Shown here: positions 1 through 9,241 of the stretch, piece after piece | Layout: each line of letters starts with the position of its first letter | Position numbering within the stretch: position 1 is the first letter of the stretch | Assembly (NCBI GenBank): GCA_028280285.1 | Contig: JANQMA010000013.1 | Coordinates: 5,355 to 69,354, forward strand | Origin: Candidatus Omnitrophota bacterium | GTDB taxonomy: Bacteria > Omnitrophota > Gorgyraeia > Zapsychrales > Zapsychraceae | Length of the DNA: 64,000 nt | Reading direction: 5' to 3' | Translations under genes and position numbers: made by a program | The notes under the pieces: generated by a model | The model's database searches: none | Seen by the model: the letters and a program-made list of their open reading frames with translations, nothing else | Told to the model about the DNA's origin: nothing

Positions 1-1219
1 AACGAACGGCACCAAGCAAGATACAGCAAAGATAAACAATACGATAAACCGGAACGGCCTTTGCCCCAAACAAATAATCGGCCGCACGGTCACCATAATA
101 CGACCAGGCAATAATCGTACTGAAGGCAAAAAGAATCGTTCCAATCGAAACCAACCAGCCGGTTCCCGGCATACCTGCCTCAAAAGCAGCTGCGGTTAGC
201 TGCCCCTTTACTGTAGTAATTTCATAGGCCCCGGTGCAAACGATCACAAGCGCTGTAATGCTGCAGACAATAATCGTATCAATAAACGGACCCAACATAG
301 CCACCAATCCTTCACGCACCGGTTCATTGGTCCGGGCGGCCCCGTGGGCCATAGCCGCACTCCCCAAACCTGCTTCATTCGAGAAAAGACCCCGGGCCAC
401 ACCAGCCCGGATCACACCTCCTAAAAGCCCTCCGGAAACAGCTTCAGGTGCAGTAAAAGCGCTGTGAAAAATCAACTGTATCCCCGGAAGAATTAAGGTG
501 TAATTTTTAATAAGAATCGCAAGCCCTGCCAGTATATAAAAAGCACACATAAACGGCACAAGAAAAGAAGCGCACATAGCAATACGTTTTATGCCACCTA
601 AAATAACAAGACCAACTAAAACAACAACAATGATGCCTCCGATAGAACAAAAAGCTCCTACTGCCTCAGACGCATGCCCATTAATAAGCCCATTGGCCGC
701 CGCTACAATGCTATTGATCTGAAACATATTACCAATACCAAAACTCGCGGCAATAGTAAAAAAAGCAAACAGAACGGCAAGCCATTTAAATTGCGGGCCA
801 AGACCCTGTTCAATAAAATGCATTGGCCCACAATGCGCCTCGCCCTTCTCATCAATTGTACGAAATCTAACCGAAAGTGTGCAGCTGGTAAATTTAGTTG
901 CCATCCCGACACAGGCGGTAATCCACATCCAAAAAACAGCCCCGGGACCGCCCATCAAAATCGCAGCCGCTACACCAACTATATTGCCTGTACCGATGGT
1001 TGCTGATAACGCCGTTACAAGTGCTTTAAAGTGTGAAATTTCACCAGGGTCAGAATCTTTATCATATACCCCAAAGAGAACTTTCAGTGCATGCGAAAAA
1101 CCACGCAGCTGTATAATAGACAGTTTAAACGATAAAAATAGACCCGTTCCGACAAGTAAAATCATCAAAGGAGGGCCCCAAACAAAAGAAGCAAATTGTA
1201 AAAGAATATTACTATTCAA
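1..1219 (-). CDS. Alanine/glycine:cation symporter (AGCS family), partial; C-terminus lies beyond position 1
   Basis: Reverse-strand translation is open from about 1219 (TTG start; no ATG before the in-frame stop at 1223-1225) to the window edge. It is polytopic and contains the AGCS-type stretches GPPLMILLVGTGLFLSFKL, TGNIVGVAAAILMGGPGAVFWMW and AMAHGAARTNEPVREGL. It is absent from the ORF track because its stop is outside the window. Confidence 0.8.
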   Translation of the reverse strand, partial: MNSNILLQFASFVWGPPLMILLVGTGLFLSFKLSIIQLRGFSHALKVLFGVYDKDSDPGEISHFKALVTALSATIGTGNIVGVAAAILMGGPGAVFWMWITACVGMATKFTSCTLSVRFRTIDEKGEAHCGPMHFIEQGLGPQFKWLAVLFAFFTIAASFGIGNMFQINSIVAAANGLINGHASEAVGAFCSIGGIIVVVLVGLVILGGIKRIAMCASFLVPFMCAFYILAGLAILIKNYTLILPGIQLIFHSAFTAPEAVSGGLLGGVIRAGVARGLFSNEAGLGSAAMAHGAARTNEPVREGLVAMLGPFIDTIIVCSITALVIVCTGAYEITTVKGQLTAAAFEAGMPGTGWLVSIGTILFAFSTIIAWSYYGDRAADYLFGAKAVPVYRIVYLCCILLGAVR

Positions 1220-1243
1220 TAATTAGTTTTTATTTTGGAAGGT

Positions 1244-1747
1244 TTAACGATTTCGCTGACGTTCTTTTAACTCGCGCAGTCTATCTTCTCGTTCTCGTTT
1301 TCGTTTTTCAATACGTTGTTTTCTCTCTAGCTTTTCAAGATACTCTTCATGCTCTCTCAACTTACGTGCTTGCTCTTTTTCAGCCCGCTTGCGCTCTATT
1401 TCCATTTTTTTTAATTTTCTTTCTCTATTTTTTTCGACCTTTTTTGTATCGCGTTCTTCTTTAATATCTAAAAAGAAATCTTTTTCTTCTTCCTGCTCGA
1501 TTTCTTTTTCCCGCCACTTATATAACCATAAAATCTTTTCCTCCGCCGTTGCCCCTCTCCAGGATTTCTCCTTTTCGAGTCGATATCCTTGTTTAATCTC
1601 AAATGGAACAATATCAAGGTCCTCGCCAAACTTTTCAATAACAGCCGTCTTTTTATCATCAATACGATCTTCCTCTTCAGCTAAAGCCAAATCACTCAGC
1701 TGGAAAAAAAGGAAATACCCTAATATGAATATCAGATATTTTTTCAT
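1244..1747 (-). CDS. Secreted protein with an extremely charged ER/K-rich single alpha-helix region
   Basis: N-terminal signal peptide (MKKYLIFILGYFLFFQLSDLALA) followed by about 110 aa of alternating E/K/R (ERKRAEKEQARKLREHEEYLEKLERKQRIEKRKRERE). No catalytic motifs seen. Confidence 0.5.
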   Translation of the reverse strand: MKKYLIFILGYFLFFQLSDLALAEEEDRIDDKKTAVIEKFGEDLDIVPFEIKQGYRLEKEKSWRGATAEEKILWLYKWREKEIEQEEEKDFFLDIKEERDTKKVEKNRERKLKKMEIERKRAEKEQARKLREHEEYLEKLERKQRIEKRKREREDRLRELKERQRNR

Positions 1748-1780
1748 AACCTCTCCTAGTACTACTAGAAGTATAATAGA

Positions 1781-2206
1781 TCAAATGGATTCTGCCCAGG
1801 CCAAGATCTGTGCCTTGATCTGATCGCGTATCCGCTCAGTTTCCGCCAAACGCTTTTCATCACTGCCGCTCAGCGCCGATGGGTCGGGAAAACCGATATG
1901 GACACGCGCACCGCTTCCAGGAAAAACCGGGCAGCGCTCAGCGCTCGCTTCATCACAGACAGTGATAATATAGTCATACGTGCGCCCTTCATCGATAAAA
2001 TCCCGGGCACTGTTTGTTGTATTTTGAGATATATCGATACCGACATTCGCCATGGCTTTAACAACAAACGGATTGAGTTGGCCTGGCTCAATCCCGGCAC
2101 TTTCGGCAACAAATTTATCGGCCGCAAAATGGTTGATAAACGCCTCAGCCATTTGGCTGCGCGCACTGTTATGAATACAAACAAATAATACTTTTTTCTG
2201 ACTCAT
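1781..2206 (-). CDS. arsC: Arsenate reductase (thioredoxin-coupled, LMW-PTP fold)
   Basis: P-loop VCIHNSARSQMAE (a CX5R motif) plus a downstream Cys pair TVCDEASAERCP with the 7-residue spacing typical of Cys82/Cys89 in Trx-coupled ArsC. The probable start is the internal MSQKKVLFV, which gives a 2-4 nt overlap with crcB upstream. Confidence 0.7.
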   Translation of the reverse strand: MSQKKVLFVCIHNSARSQMAEAFINHFAADKFVAESAGIEPGQLNPFVVKAMANVGIDISQNTTNSARDFIDEGRTYDYIITVCDEASAERCPVFPGSGARVHIGFPDPSALSGSDEKRLAETERIRDQIKAQILAWAESI

Positions 2207-2589
2207 TTGACCGCCCCTCCAATAAGATGCCCCAGGAAAATAGCCCCGATGCAAAGAACAAAATTAAGCAATATATTGAGAAAAGCCACAAACGCTTCTC
2301 CTTCGATAAAAAGATGATGTGTATCCCGCGAAAAACTAGAAAATGTTGTAAACCCGCCCAAAAGCCCAACAAACAAAAATAAATCAAGATTTTTAGGAAA
2401 CACTCCTTCTTTAATTAAAAAATATTCAAAGAAAAATCCAAACAAAAATGACCCGATAACATTAACCGTAAGCGTTGCGAGTGGAAAACCGGTTAATAGC
2501 GAAACCCGTGCCGCCACACAATTAACCCCGAAGCGCAAAATAGATCCGACAAATCCCCCACAGCCAACCGCAATAATATGCCCTATCAC
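2203..2589 (-). CDS. crcB: Fluoride ion channel CrcB/FluC
   Basis: 128 aa with four transmembrane helices and the hallmark GGFTTFSSF motif. Confidence 0.85.
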   Translation of the reverse strand: MIGHIIAVGCGGFVGSILRFGVNCVAARVSLLTGFPLATLTVNVIGSFLFGFFFEYFLIKEGVFPKNLDLFLFVGLLGGFTTFSSFSRDTHHLFIEGEAFVAFLNILLNFVLCIGAIFLGHLIGGAVK

Positions 2590-3509
2590 GTGACATCAAT
2601 CCTTTCCGGCATTTTGTTAAGTAAAAACGCAATCACGACACCACTTAAAAAAAGTAATATGGCAAAACATAAATGGGCATCTAGATGTGGAATAATATTC
2701 ACCTGTTCAAGCGGAATAATTTTTCCATGGCGGCCTTCCATAAAAGAAATTGTGTCCTTCCATGGCCAAATCTTAGGAAGTGATCCTGCAATAATCCCCA
2801 AAATAGCTGCAATGGTTAGGTCATGATATTTTTTAAATAGCCAGCTCAGCACACGCACTATGCTCAAAACACCACAAAATATTCCTGAGACAAAAACAAG
2901 CAAAACAACAAAATCCTTTTGATCAATGGCCTCAATAATATTTCGATATTGTCCGAGCAGAAGCAGAATAAATGATCCGGAAATACCCGGCAATATCATC
3001 GCACTTATGGCAATAAAACCGCTTATAAAAATCATAAGAAGCGAATCACCGCTAAATACAGGTTTCTGGATCACAATCCACCATGCCCCCATCGCAAATA
3101 ATACGGCTGTCAAAGACAGTTTCGTATCCCATTGTTTGATCAGTTTCGCAATAAGCGGGATGGTCGCAATAATCAGTCCAAAGAAAAACGCAAAGAGAAA
3201 CTGTGGCTCATTCGCAAGAAGCCATTTCAAAATCTTCGAAAGACAAATAATGGCTGTAATAATCCCTACGACTAAATTAAGCAAAAACTTCCAATGGGCA
3301 TGCGCCAGCGCCTTTTCAAGCTGCAAAGTAAACACATATTTAAAAAACATCCAGTCAAAAGACTTAATCGCCTTAATAAATGATTCGTAAATGCCAAGCA
3401 TTAAAGCAATTGTCCCCCCGGATATACCGGGAATAATATCGGCAATGCCCATGCAAAAGCCTTTAAGAAACAAGATGAATGAAAATTTATGCTTCATTGG
3501 TTCAACCAC
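2586..3509 (-). CDS. Polytopic membrane protein, DUF368/PopT-like (candidate undecaprenyl-phosphate recycling transporter)
   Basis: 307 aa with about 8 transmembrane helices. It shows an internal duplication with two GISGGT/GISGSF motifs (GIADIIPGISGGTIALMLG and AMILPGISGSFILLLLG). It overlaps crcB by 4 nt. Confidence 0.55.
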   Translation of the reverse strand: MVEPMKHKFSFILFLKGFCMGIADIIPGISGGTIALMLGIYESFIKAIKSFDWMFFKYVFTLQLEKALAHAHWKFLLNLVVGIITAIICLSKILKWLLANEPQFLFAFFFGLIIATIPLIAKLIKQWDTKLSLTAVLFAMGAWWIVIQKPVFSGDSLLMIFISGFIAISAMILPGISGSFILLLLGQYRNIIEAIDQKDFVVLLVFVSGIFCGVLSIVRVLSWLFKKYHDLTIAAILGIIAGSLPKIWPWKDTISFMEGRHGKIIPLEQVNIIPHLDAHLCFAILLFLSGVVIAFLLNKMPERIDVT

Positions 3510-5062
3510 TCTTTAATGTCATTGGAATATTGATAAGGGATATTGTTGCGTTTTAAAATATGCTCGGTAATAGTCTGAATATTTTTGGTCGGAAGAATGA
3601 TCCGTGCATTATCTTGTGTATCAAAGATAATATGTTTATCTCTTTTAGAAATTTCGGTTATTTTTTGAATAAACCCTTTAAACGAGTTAATCTTCTCTCC
3701 ATTCACCGTTTCAACAATCGCCGGTCCATAGTTATGATAACCGGTGTTCACATCGTCAGGTAAAACACGCAAAAGAACAACTTTCCGATCTACTTTTTCT
3801 GCGTTAAGACGCCCCCGTCCCACCAAATAATGAAGCAGATTATTAGGCGCCTTTTCAAACCACCGATTCCCCCATGACTTTAATAAATCTGTTGTTAAAA
3901 CAGTAAAGACAAGCCCGCCATAAATGTAATAAGGAGGCCGGTCATAATGGTGTGGATGCGGGACAAGCGAAACAAAAGGTTTCAATGGAAATATAATCTG
4001 CTTTTTACGCCCGTCTCTGACAATATCAAGCTTAATGTTTTCTCCTACTTGCTTTTCAGCAACCAAATGGGGCAGCGCCAAACGTTCGGTCTCACGGAAT
4101 ACAAATGTTCCATCCTCCCCGATAGGCACATTATTAATTTTTAAAATAATGTCATTTTCTTGTAAAAAGCCGTCGGCTGATGAAAAAGGGATGACTTTGG
4201 TCACTAAAATGCCGCCTTCTTTATCTGTAATTTTAAAAAATTGGCGCAATGTCGGATTATCGGTACTATTATAATCAATGCCGATCATCGGGAAACCATC
4301 GTACACATCATCTTTAAAGTCATCAAAAAAATGCCGGATAATCGGGGCAGGTATCATGTAACCGATATTCTGTCCGCTTTGCAGCCGCTGCATAGCAACG
4401 CCTACCATTTTACCGTTCTGCACCACCGGTCCACCGCTATTGCCCGGATTAATCGCCGCATCAATCTGTACAGTTAAGAGTTTTCGCGCACTCAAAGAAT
4501 ACGCCGTTAACTCAACCCGTGAGACAACACCTTCGGTGATAGAGAGCTTATCCCCGCCTTGAGGATAACCCAAAACAGTGACCGTATCCTGCAACTGCGG
4601 CAAATCACCGATCTTAAGGGGCGTTACATCATCAAAAAAAGATTTATCCTCAACTTTCAGCAAGGCTAAATCACAATCATGTCCAATCGCAATAACCTTA
4701 GCTGTATATTTTTTGGAATCATTATTTTTCTTAACTTGAACAAATGTCGCATCGGAAACAACATGCGCATTGGTAAGAATTTTGTTTCCCTCAATAATCG
4801 CCCCAGAACCCCCGGAGGCGGAAGATCCCTTTGATTGCCAGGGTCTATAATAATCCATTCTGTTTGCTGTTACAAACACCTTAACAACACTATTTTTAAT
4901 ATTCTCTTGGGCGCATGTATTGTGAGGATAAAGAAAAAAACTGAAAAGTATTACTAAACTGAAAAAAGCCGCATGACAGGCTTTAGTGCGCCTGTAAAAT
5001 GCGCTTGATTCGCTGTATTTGCTCCTGCGGCAGGTTATAGTGGGAGGTGTTGATTTCATCAA
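3494..5062 (-). CDS. Trypsin-like serine protease, HtrA/DegP (S1C) family
   Basis: Catalytic triad contexts TNAHVV (His), DLALLKV (Asp) and GNSGGPVV (Ser), with an N-terminal hydrophobic signal/anchor and a PDZ-like C-terminal region. The listed start overlaps the upstream gene stop (4983) by 80 nt, so the true start is probably downstream or an alternative start and remains uncertain. Confidence 0.8.
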   Translation of the reverse strand: MMKSTPPTITCRRSKYSESSAFYRRTKACHAAFFSLVILFSFFLYPHNTCAQENIKNSVVKVFVTANRMDYYRPWQSKGSSASGGSGAIIEGNKILTNAHVVSDATFVQVKKNNDSKKYTAKVIAIGHDCDLALLKVEDKSFFDDVTPLKIGDLPQLQDTVTVLGYPQGGDKLSITEGVVSRVELTAYSLSARKLLTVQIDAAINPGNSGGPVVQNGKMVGVAMQRLQSGQNIGYMIPAPIIRHFFDDFKDDVYDGFPMIGIDYNSTDNPTLRQFFKITDKEGGILVTKVIPFSSADGFLQENDIILKINNVPIGEDGTFVFRETERLALPHLVAEKQVGENIKLDIVRDGRKKQIIFPLKPFVSLVPHPHHYDRPPYYIYGGLVFTVLTTDLLKSWGNRWFEKAPNNLLHYLVGRGRLNAEKVDRKVVLLRVLPDDVNTGYHNYGPAIVETVNGEKINSFKGFIQKITEISKRDKHIIFDTQDNARIILPTKNIQTITEHILKRNNIPYQYSNDIKEWLNQ

Positions 5063-8000
5063 ACTTCAAATCAAGATTGCTTTTGATTTTTTTCAGCCGG
5101 AAAGCGATCTGCTCTCTTGTATAGCTATTGATATTAGCTTGATTTTGCAAAGACCGCAACAAATCTAGTTCTTTTTTTAAATCTTTTATTTCTGTCTTTA
5201 AATCATCTAAATTCGTCTGTGTTTTATTGAGCGCTTCATCCTTCTCAAATAACTCCGTCTGCACCAAAGTCAACTGTTCTTCAAGGGTTGAAATATTAGC
5301 TAAATTATCCTTAATTTCTCCCCTTGCTTCAGCCAACTCCTCCTTATAAATGCCTAATATGCCTTCTAACTCATCGATTTGTTCGTTTTTTAATTTAACC
5401 TGATTGCTGAAACTTGCTGCTTTGGAGGCCACTTTTTCGTGAGACGATAACTCATCTTTTAATTTTTTCACAGCATTTTTTCGCAAGGCCAGTTGTTCAA
5501 CAGTCTCAGTATGTTTTTTATTTAACTTATCGTACTTTTTATTAATCTGATCCAGGACTTTTTGATGAACTTTAATATCTTTTTCTTTTTCCTCAACTAA
5601 CCTTTGATGCTCAGCAGAAGCTTCTTTATTGGCTGTTCGAAGATTGCGAAGCTTTACTTTTAAATCTTTCAAATTTTTATTAACTTTAGCTAATTCAACG
5701 GTTTCCCGACCGCTCATTTCAACTTGCGGCTGATTATTACTAAGGAGCATGTTTTGTTGTTTAAGCTGTGCTATTTCCTGTTTTTGTTGTTTAATAATCT
5801 TTTCTTTTCTTAAAAGTCTTTCGGTCTTTTTCTTGTTGGCTAACTGAATATTTTTCAAATTGTCTTTTACTTTTTCGAAATATTTTTTTGTTTTAGCGAG
5901 CTTTTCTATTATCTTTGCATCTTTGGCACTATATGCCCTGTTCTTACTAAGTTGTGCATTTTTTTCTTTCAGTGCAATAATTACCTGCGATTGTCTCTTA
6001 ATGATTTCATCTTTTTCAGCAAGCTTAGAAACATTCTCTTTATTTATATCCTGTGCATTTTTTATTTCTTTGTTTAAGCTTTTTGCAATTCTCTTATTGC
6101 CTGCAAGCTGCGCCTTCTTGATTTCTTCTTTTAACTCTTTCAAACGCTCATTGGCTTCAGCTAACTTTTTTGTTATCTCACCATTAACATCCACTCTTTT
6201 TTCTTTTTGTGATGGCTCTATGGCTTTTTTCTTAAGAGCGGCAATTTGTTTCGACTGTTTTTCAATCAGCCTACTTTGCTCTAAAACCTTTGCCGCTTCT
6301 TTTTTTCTGGATAATTGAACGCCTCTGATTTCTTCCTTTAAATCTTTTAAACGCCGACTAGTCTCAGCCAACTTCTTGACCGTCTTTTCGTTAACATCCG
6401 CCTGCATTTCTTCTTTTGCCGGCACTTGTTGCGACGCATTTTTCTTTTTAAACGCAGCGATTTGCCGCAACTGCTTCTTAATCAGGCTGCTTTGTTCCAA
6501 AACCTTTGCTGCCTCTTTTTTTCTGGCCAGTTCAACACTTTTAATTTCTTCCTTTAAAGCGCTTACATATTCGTTGGCTTTAGCCAACTTTTTTGCGGCT
6601 TGAATTTCATCAATGGATCGACCTTCATTTTGTTTTAACTGTGTATTTTTATCCTTAAGTGCTAAAATTTCCTGTGATTGCTGTTCAACGATCTCTTCCT
6701 GTTTAGACAGCTGCACGGTTAATTTTTTTATTTTTTTCTCAAAAGATTTATTAACGTTTTTGATTTCTTTTTCTAATTGTTTTTTCTTTTTTCTTTGTGC
6801 TATTTGTAAAGCGTTCATCTTTGTTTTCAACTGTTTAAACGATACTTCTAATTCATTATATTTAGAAATTTCAAGATCTAAAGATTCACGCTTTTCTTCT
6901 AATTGTGTCTTTAACCGCTTGATATTTTTTTCATACTGACTGATATCATCGCCTTTCTCTTTTAACTCTGCCTTTTTCGTCCGAGTGGGTGTATTGCGCG
7001 ATGCCTCGAGTTCACGAATCTCAGATTGCAAATGGCGTAAGGCAATATCTTTCGTTTCTATTTTAACGCGATATTCCGCTACCTCTCCCTGCAACTTTAG
7101 AATCTCATCGCTTTTTTGGAATAAAGTCCTACTTCGCCCCTTTTGGGCATTCACGACCTCATTAAGCTCAAGGGCTTTACGCTCAACCATTTTTTGACTG
7201 AGCTTTAATTGCGTATCAATCCGTTCTATTTCAAGATCATGAGCTTGCGTGGCCTTCAATAAGCTATCTTGCAAAGTATTAATTTCATCTGTTTTTTCCT
7301 TGATGATTTCCTGGCCTAGGGTAAAGCGGGCTGTAAACTCCTCTAGCTCGCTCTTCAAAGCCGCAATTTTTAAATCTTGTTGCTCCATTGATCTAGCTCT
7401 TTCTGCAGTCTCAAGAGTTAAATCAACAATTTCTCCCTGCATTCTGTCGATTTGCTCATCTTTTGAATCTGCCATGGAGCGCAACATATCATATTTAACC
7501 TCAGCCTGCTTGATCTCACTTTTTAATGCGTCAAACATTTTGGCCTCAGCCACTTCATTGTCTCTGCTTTTAACAATGGCAATTGTTTGGCGCTTAGACA
7601 AATCAATGCCATCTTCTGTATAAAAACGTTTTGCATAGGCACCGCCCCCCATACGCTGAGGCGAATCATACTTTTGTTTTAAATACTTATTTTTGATATT
7701 GAGAATATCGCCATATTGAACAAAAAGCTGGGTTTTCAAATCCGCCAAATAGTCATTTTTTTCCATAAGGACGGCATTAACGTCGGCCAAAAGCATCCCC
7801 TCATGTTCATCTAAGTAACTTGGTTTTGATTGATCCATTTGGGTAAACTCAATATTTTTGAGTTTTTGATTAAACACTTCCGGATCAACCCCTTTATGTA
7901 GAAGCCGCCTTTTCAAAAGCTCAATATTTTCACCTATTGTTTTTATTTCATACTGCAGAAGTGAATTGACAGTAAGCAAATCCCTGAACTGATAAAGCAG

Positions 8001-8324
8001 TATCTGGTAATCAGCGGGCACAGAAGGATCTTTGAGAAGTTCAGTTAGAGCATTTTGCGCATCTGTATTGGCTGGATCGATAACAAGCACTTGAACAATT
8101 GCATCAATAGACTCATCCACCTTATTGGCCTTAAACATTCGTTCACTGTCTTCCTTGAGAGCAGCAATGATATTGACGCGGGAAGATTCTGCAGCAGGCA
8201 CATACGTCATGTTGATGGCAAGCATAAGGCCCAATATCACAAAAGTTGTTGTAGAAGTGAGGTTTAACATTGGACAGAAAGTATAACATGTGATTACACG
8301 AGGGGCAAGGCGTGGAAGGATCAC
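4983..8324 (-). CDS. Large (1113 aa) membrane-anchored coiled-coil protein with internal tandem repeats
   Basis: N-terminal hydrophobic segment, then about 1000 aa of K/E/Q-rich heptad-like sequence. A roughly 71-aa unit (EEIKSVELARKKEAAKVLEQS.LI.KQ..QIAA.KKK) is repeated about 2.5 times, which corresponds to about 213-bp DNA repeats near 6100-6600. Confidence 0.6.
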   Translation of the reverse strand: MILPRLAPRVITCYTFCPMLNLTSTTTFVILGLMLAINMTYVPAAESSRVNIIAALKEDSERMFKANKVDESIDAIVQVLVIDPANTDAQNALTELLKDPSVPADYQILLYQFRDLLTVNSLLQYEIKTIGENIELLKRRLLHKGVDPEVFNQKLKNIEFTQMDQSKPSYLDEHEGMLLADVNAVLMEKNDYLADLKTQLFVQYGDILNIKNKYLKQKYDSPQRMGGGAYAKRFYTEDGIDLSKRQTIAIVKSRDNEVAEAKMFDALKSEIKQAEVKYDMLRSMADSKDEQIDRMQGEIVDLTLETAERARSMEQQDLKIAALKSELEEFTARFTLGQEIIKEKTDEINTLQDSLLKATQAHDLEIERIDTQLKLSQKMVERKALELNEVVNAQKGRSRTLFQKSDEILKLQGEVAEYRVKIETKDIALRHLQSEIRELEASRNTPTRTKKAELKEKGDDISQYEKNIKRLKTQLEEKRESLDLEISKYNELEVSFKQLKTKMNALQIAQRKKKKQLEKEIKNVNKSFEKKIKKLTVQLSKQEEIVEQQSQEILALKDKNTQLKQNEGRSIDEIQAAKKLAKANEYVSALKEEIKSVELARKKEAAKVLEQSSLIKKQLRQIAAFKKKNASQQVPAKEEMQADVNEKTVKKLAETSRRLKDLKEEIRGVQLSRKKEAAKVLEQSRLIEKQSKQIAALKKKAIEPSQKEKRVDVNGEITKKLAEANERLKELKEEIKKAQLAGNKRIAKSLNKEIKNAQDINKENVSKLAEKDEIIKRQSQVIIALKEKNAQLSKNRAYSAKDAKIIEKLAKTKKYFEKVKDNLKNIQLANKKKTERLLRKEKIIKQQKQEIAQLKQQNMLLSNNQPQVEMSGRETVELAKVNKNLKDLKVKLRNLRTANKEASAEHQRLVEEKEKDIKVHQKVLDQINKKYDKLNKKHTETVEQLALRKNAVKKLKDELSSHEKVASKAASFSNQVKLKNEQIDELEGILGIYKEELAEARGEIKDNLANISTLEEQLTLVQTELFEKDEALNKTQTNLDDLKTEIKDLKKELDLLRSLQNQANINSYTREQIAFRLKKIKSNLDLKFDEINTSHYNLPQEQIQRIKRILQAH

Positions 8325-8353
8325 AAATATTAGTCTTGCAACAACTTACAATC

Positions 8354-8851
8354 CTAATATTGGTTTTTGGCCAATTTACGCCTAAAGGCCGGCCAATAAT
8401 CTTCCCCTAATATATAACCTGTACAATTGTAGGACCCGCAGTGGCAGGGGTGATCCTCGTAACTATCGAGGTCATACCCGTAATTGTAGCTCAATTCCTC
8501 ACCTTTTTTGATGTCACGCAGAGCCACAATCCAGATTTTTCCCTTAATAATGTCTGATTCGCAATTAGGATCACAAGAATGGTTAATGTAACGGGCGGTA
8601 TTGTATTTGACATGCCCATCAATATCATGTTTTTTATTTAATGTAAAAATATAGACTGCACCCAGCTCAGGATTCTTTTTATTCTCCTCAAGAGGAATAT
8701 CTGCCCTTCTATCAGATTCCGCTTTCGTGATCCGCTCACCAACATATTCAATAATTTTGGTTCCTTCTTTAATATTCTTCTTGGCATAAATGCCAATGCC
8801 ATGAATATATGATTTTGAAACACGGATATACGGACTTGTTGTAGGCTTCAT
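8354..8851 (-). CDS. SET-domain protein (putative protein-lysine methyltransferase) with a post-SET Cys cluster
   Basis: Motifs IHGIGIYA (GxG), RYINHSCDPNC (NHSC), ELSYNYGY (ELxY/DYG) and post-SET HPCHCGSYNC. Confidence 0.8.
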   Translation of the reverse strand: MKPTTSPYIRVSKSYIHGIGIYAKKNIKEGTKIIEYVGERITKAESDRRADIPLEENKKNPELGAVYIFTLNKKHDIDGHVKYNTARYINHSCDPNCESDIIKGKIWIVALRDIKKGEELSYNYGYDLDSYEDHPCHCGSYNCTGYILGEDYWPAFRRKLAKNQY

Positions 8852-8878
8852 AGTGTTTGCTCGTTTTCTATTAATGGA

Positions 8879-9241
8879 TTAATGACTGTCGATAATCTCG
8901 GAAAGTTTTTCAATCGTGCTTGGCTTGGCAATAAATTCATGCCCGCCAATTTTCCCCCCTTGGGAGACAACCTCATCGGCCCTGACTGTCGCTGTTAAAA
9001 AGATAACAGGGATATTTTTTATTTCGGAGTTATCTTTTATTTGAATCGCAATATCCGGACCCTCTAAATCAGGCATAATGACATCAAGGAGAATAAGATC
9101 CGGTTGTATTTTTAAAATTTCTTGGATGGCCAGTGTCGCACTGTTAACAGCAAAAACTTCATATTTGCCGGTTGCTTCCAAATTAAGCTTTAACATGTCA
9201 GTGAAGCTTTTTTCATCATCAATTAAAAGAATTTTTTTCAT
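8879..9241 (-). CDS. Single-domain response regulator (CheY-like receiver)
   Basis: LLIDDEKSF...DLILLDVIMPDLEGPD...KP receiver signature; 120 aa. It overlaps the upstream kinase by 4 nt (ATGA-type coupling). Confidence 0.8.
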   Translation of the reverse strand: MKKILLIDDEKSFTDMLKLNLEATGKYEVFAVNSATLAIQEILKIQPDLILLDVIMPDLEGPDIAIQIKDNSEIKNIPVIFLTATVRADEVVSQGGKIGGHEFIAKPSTIEKLSEIIDSH

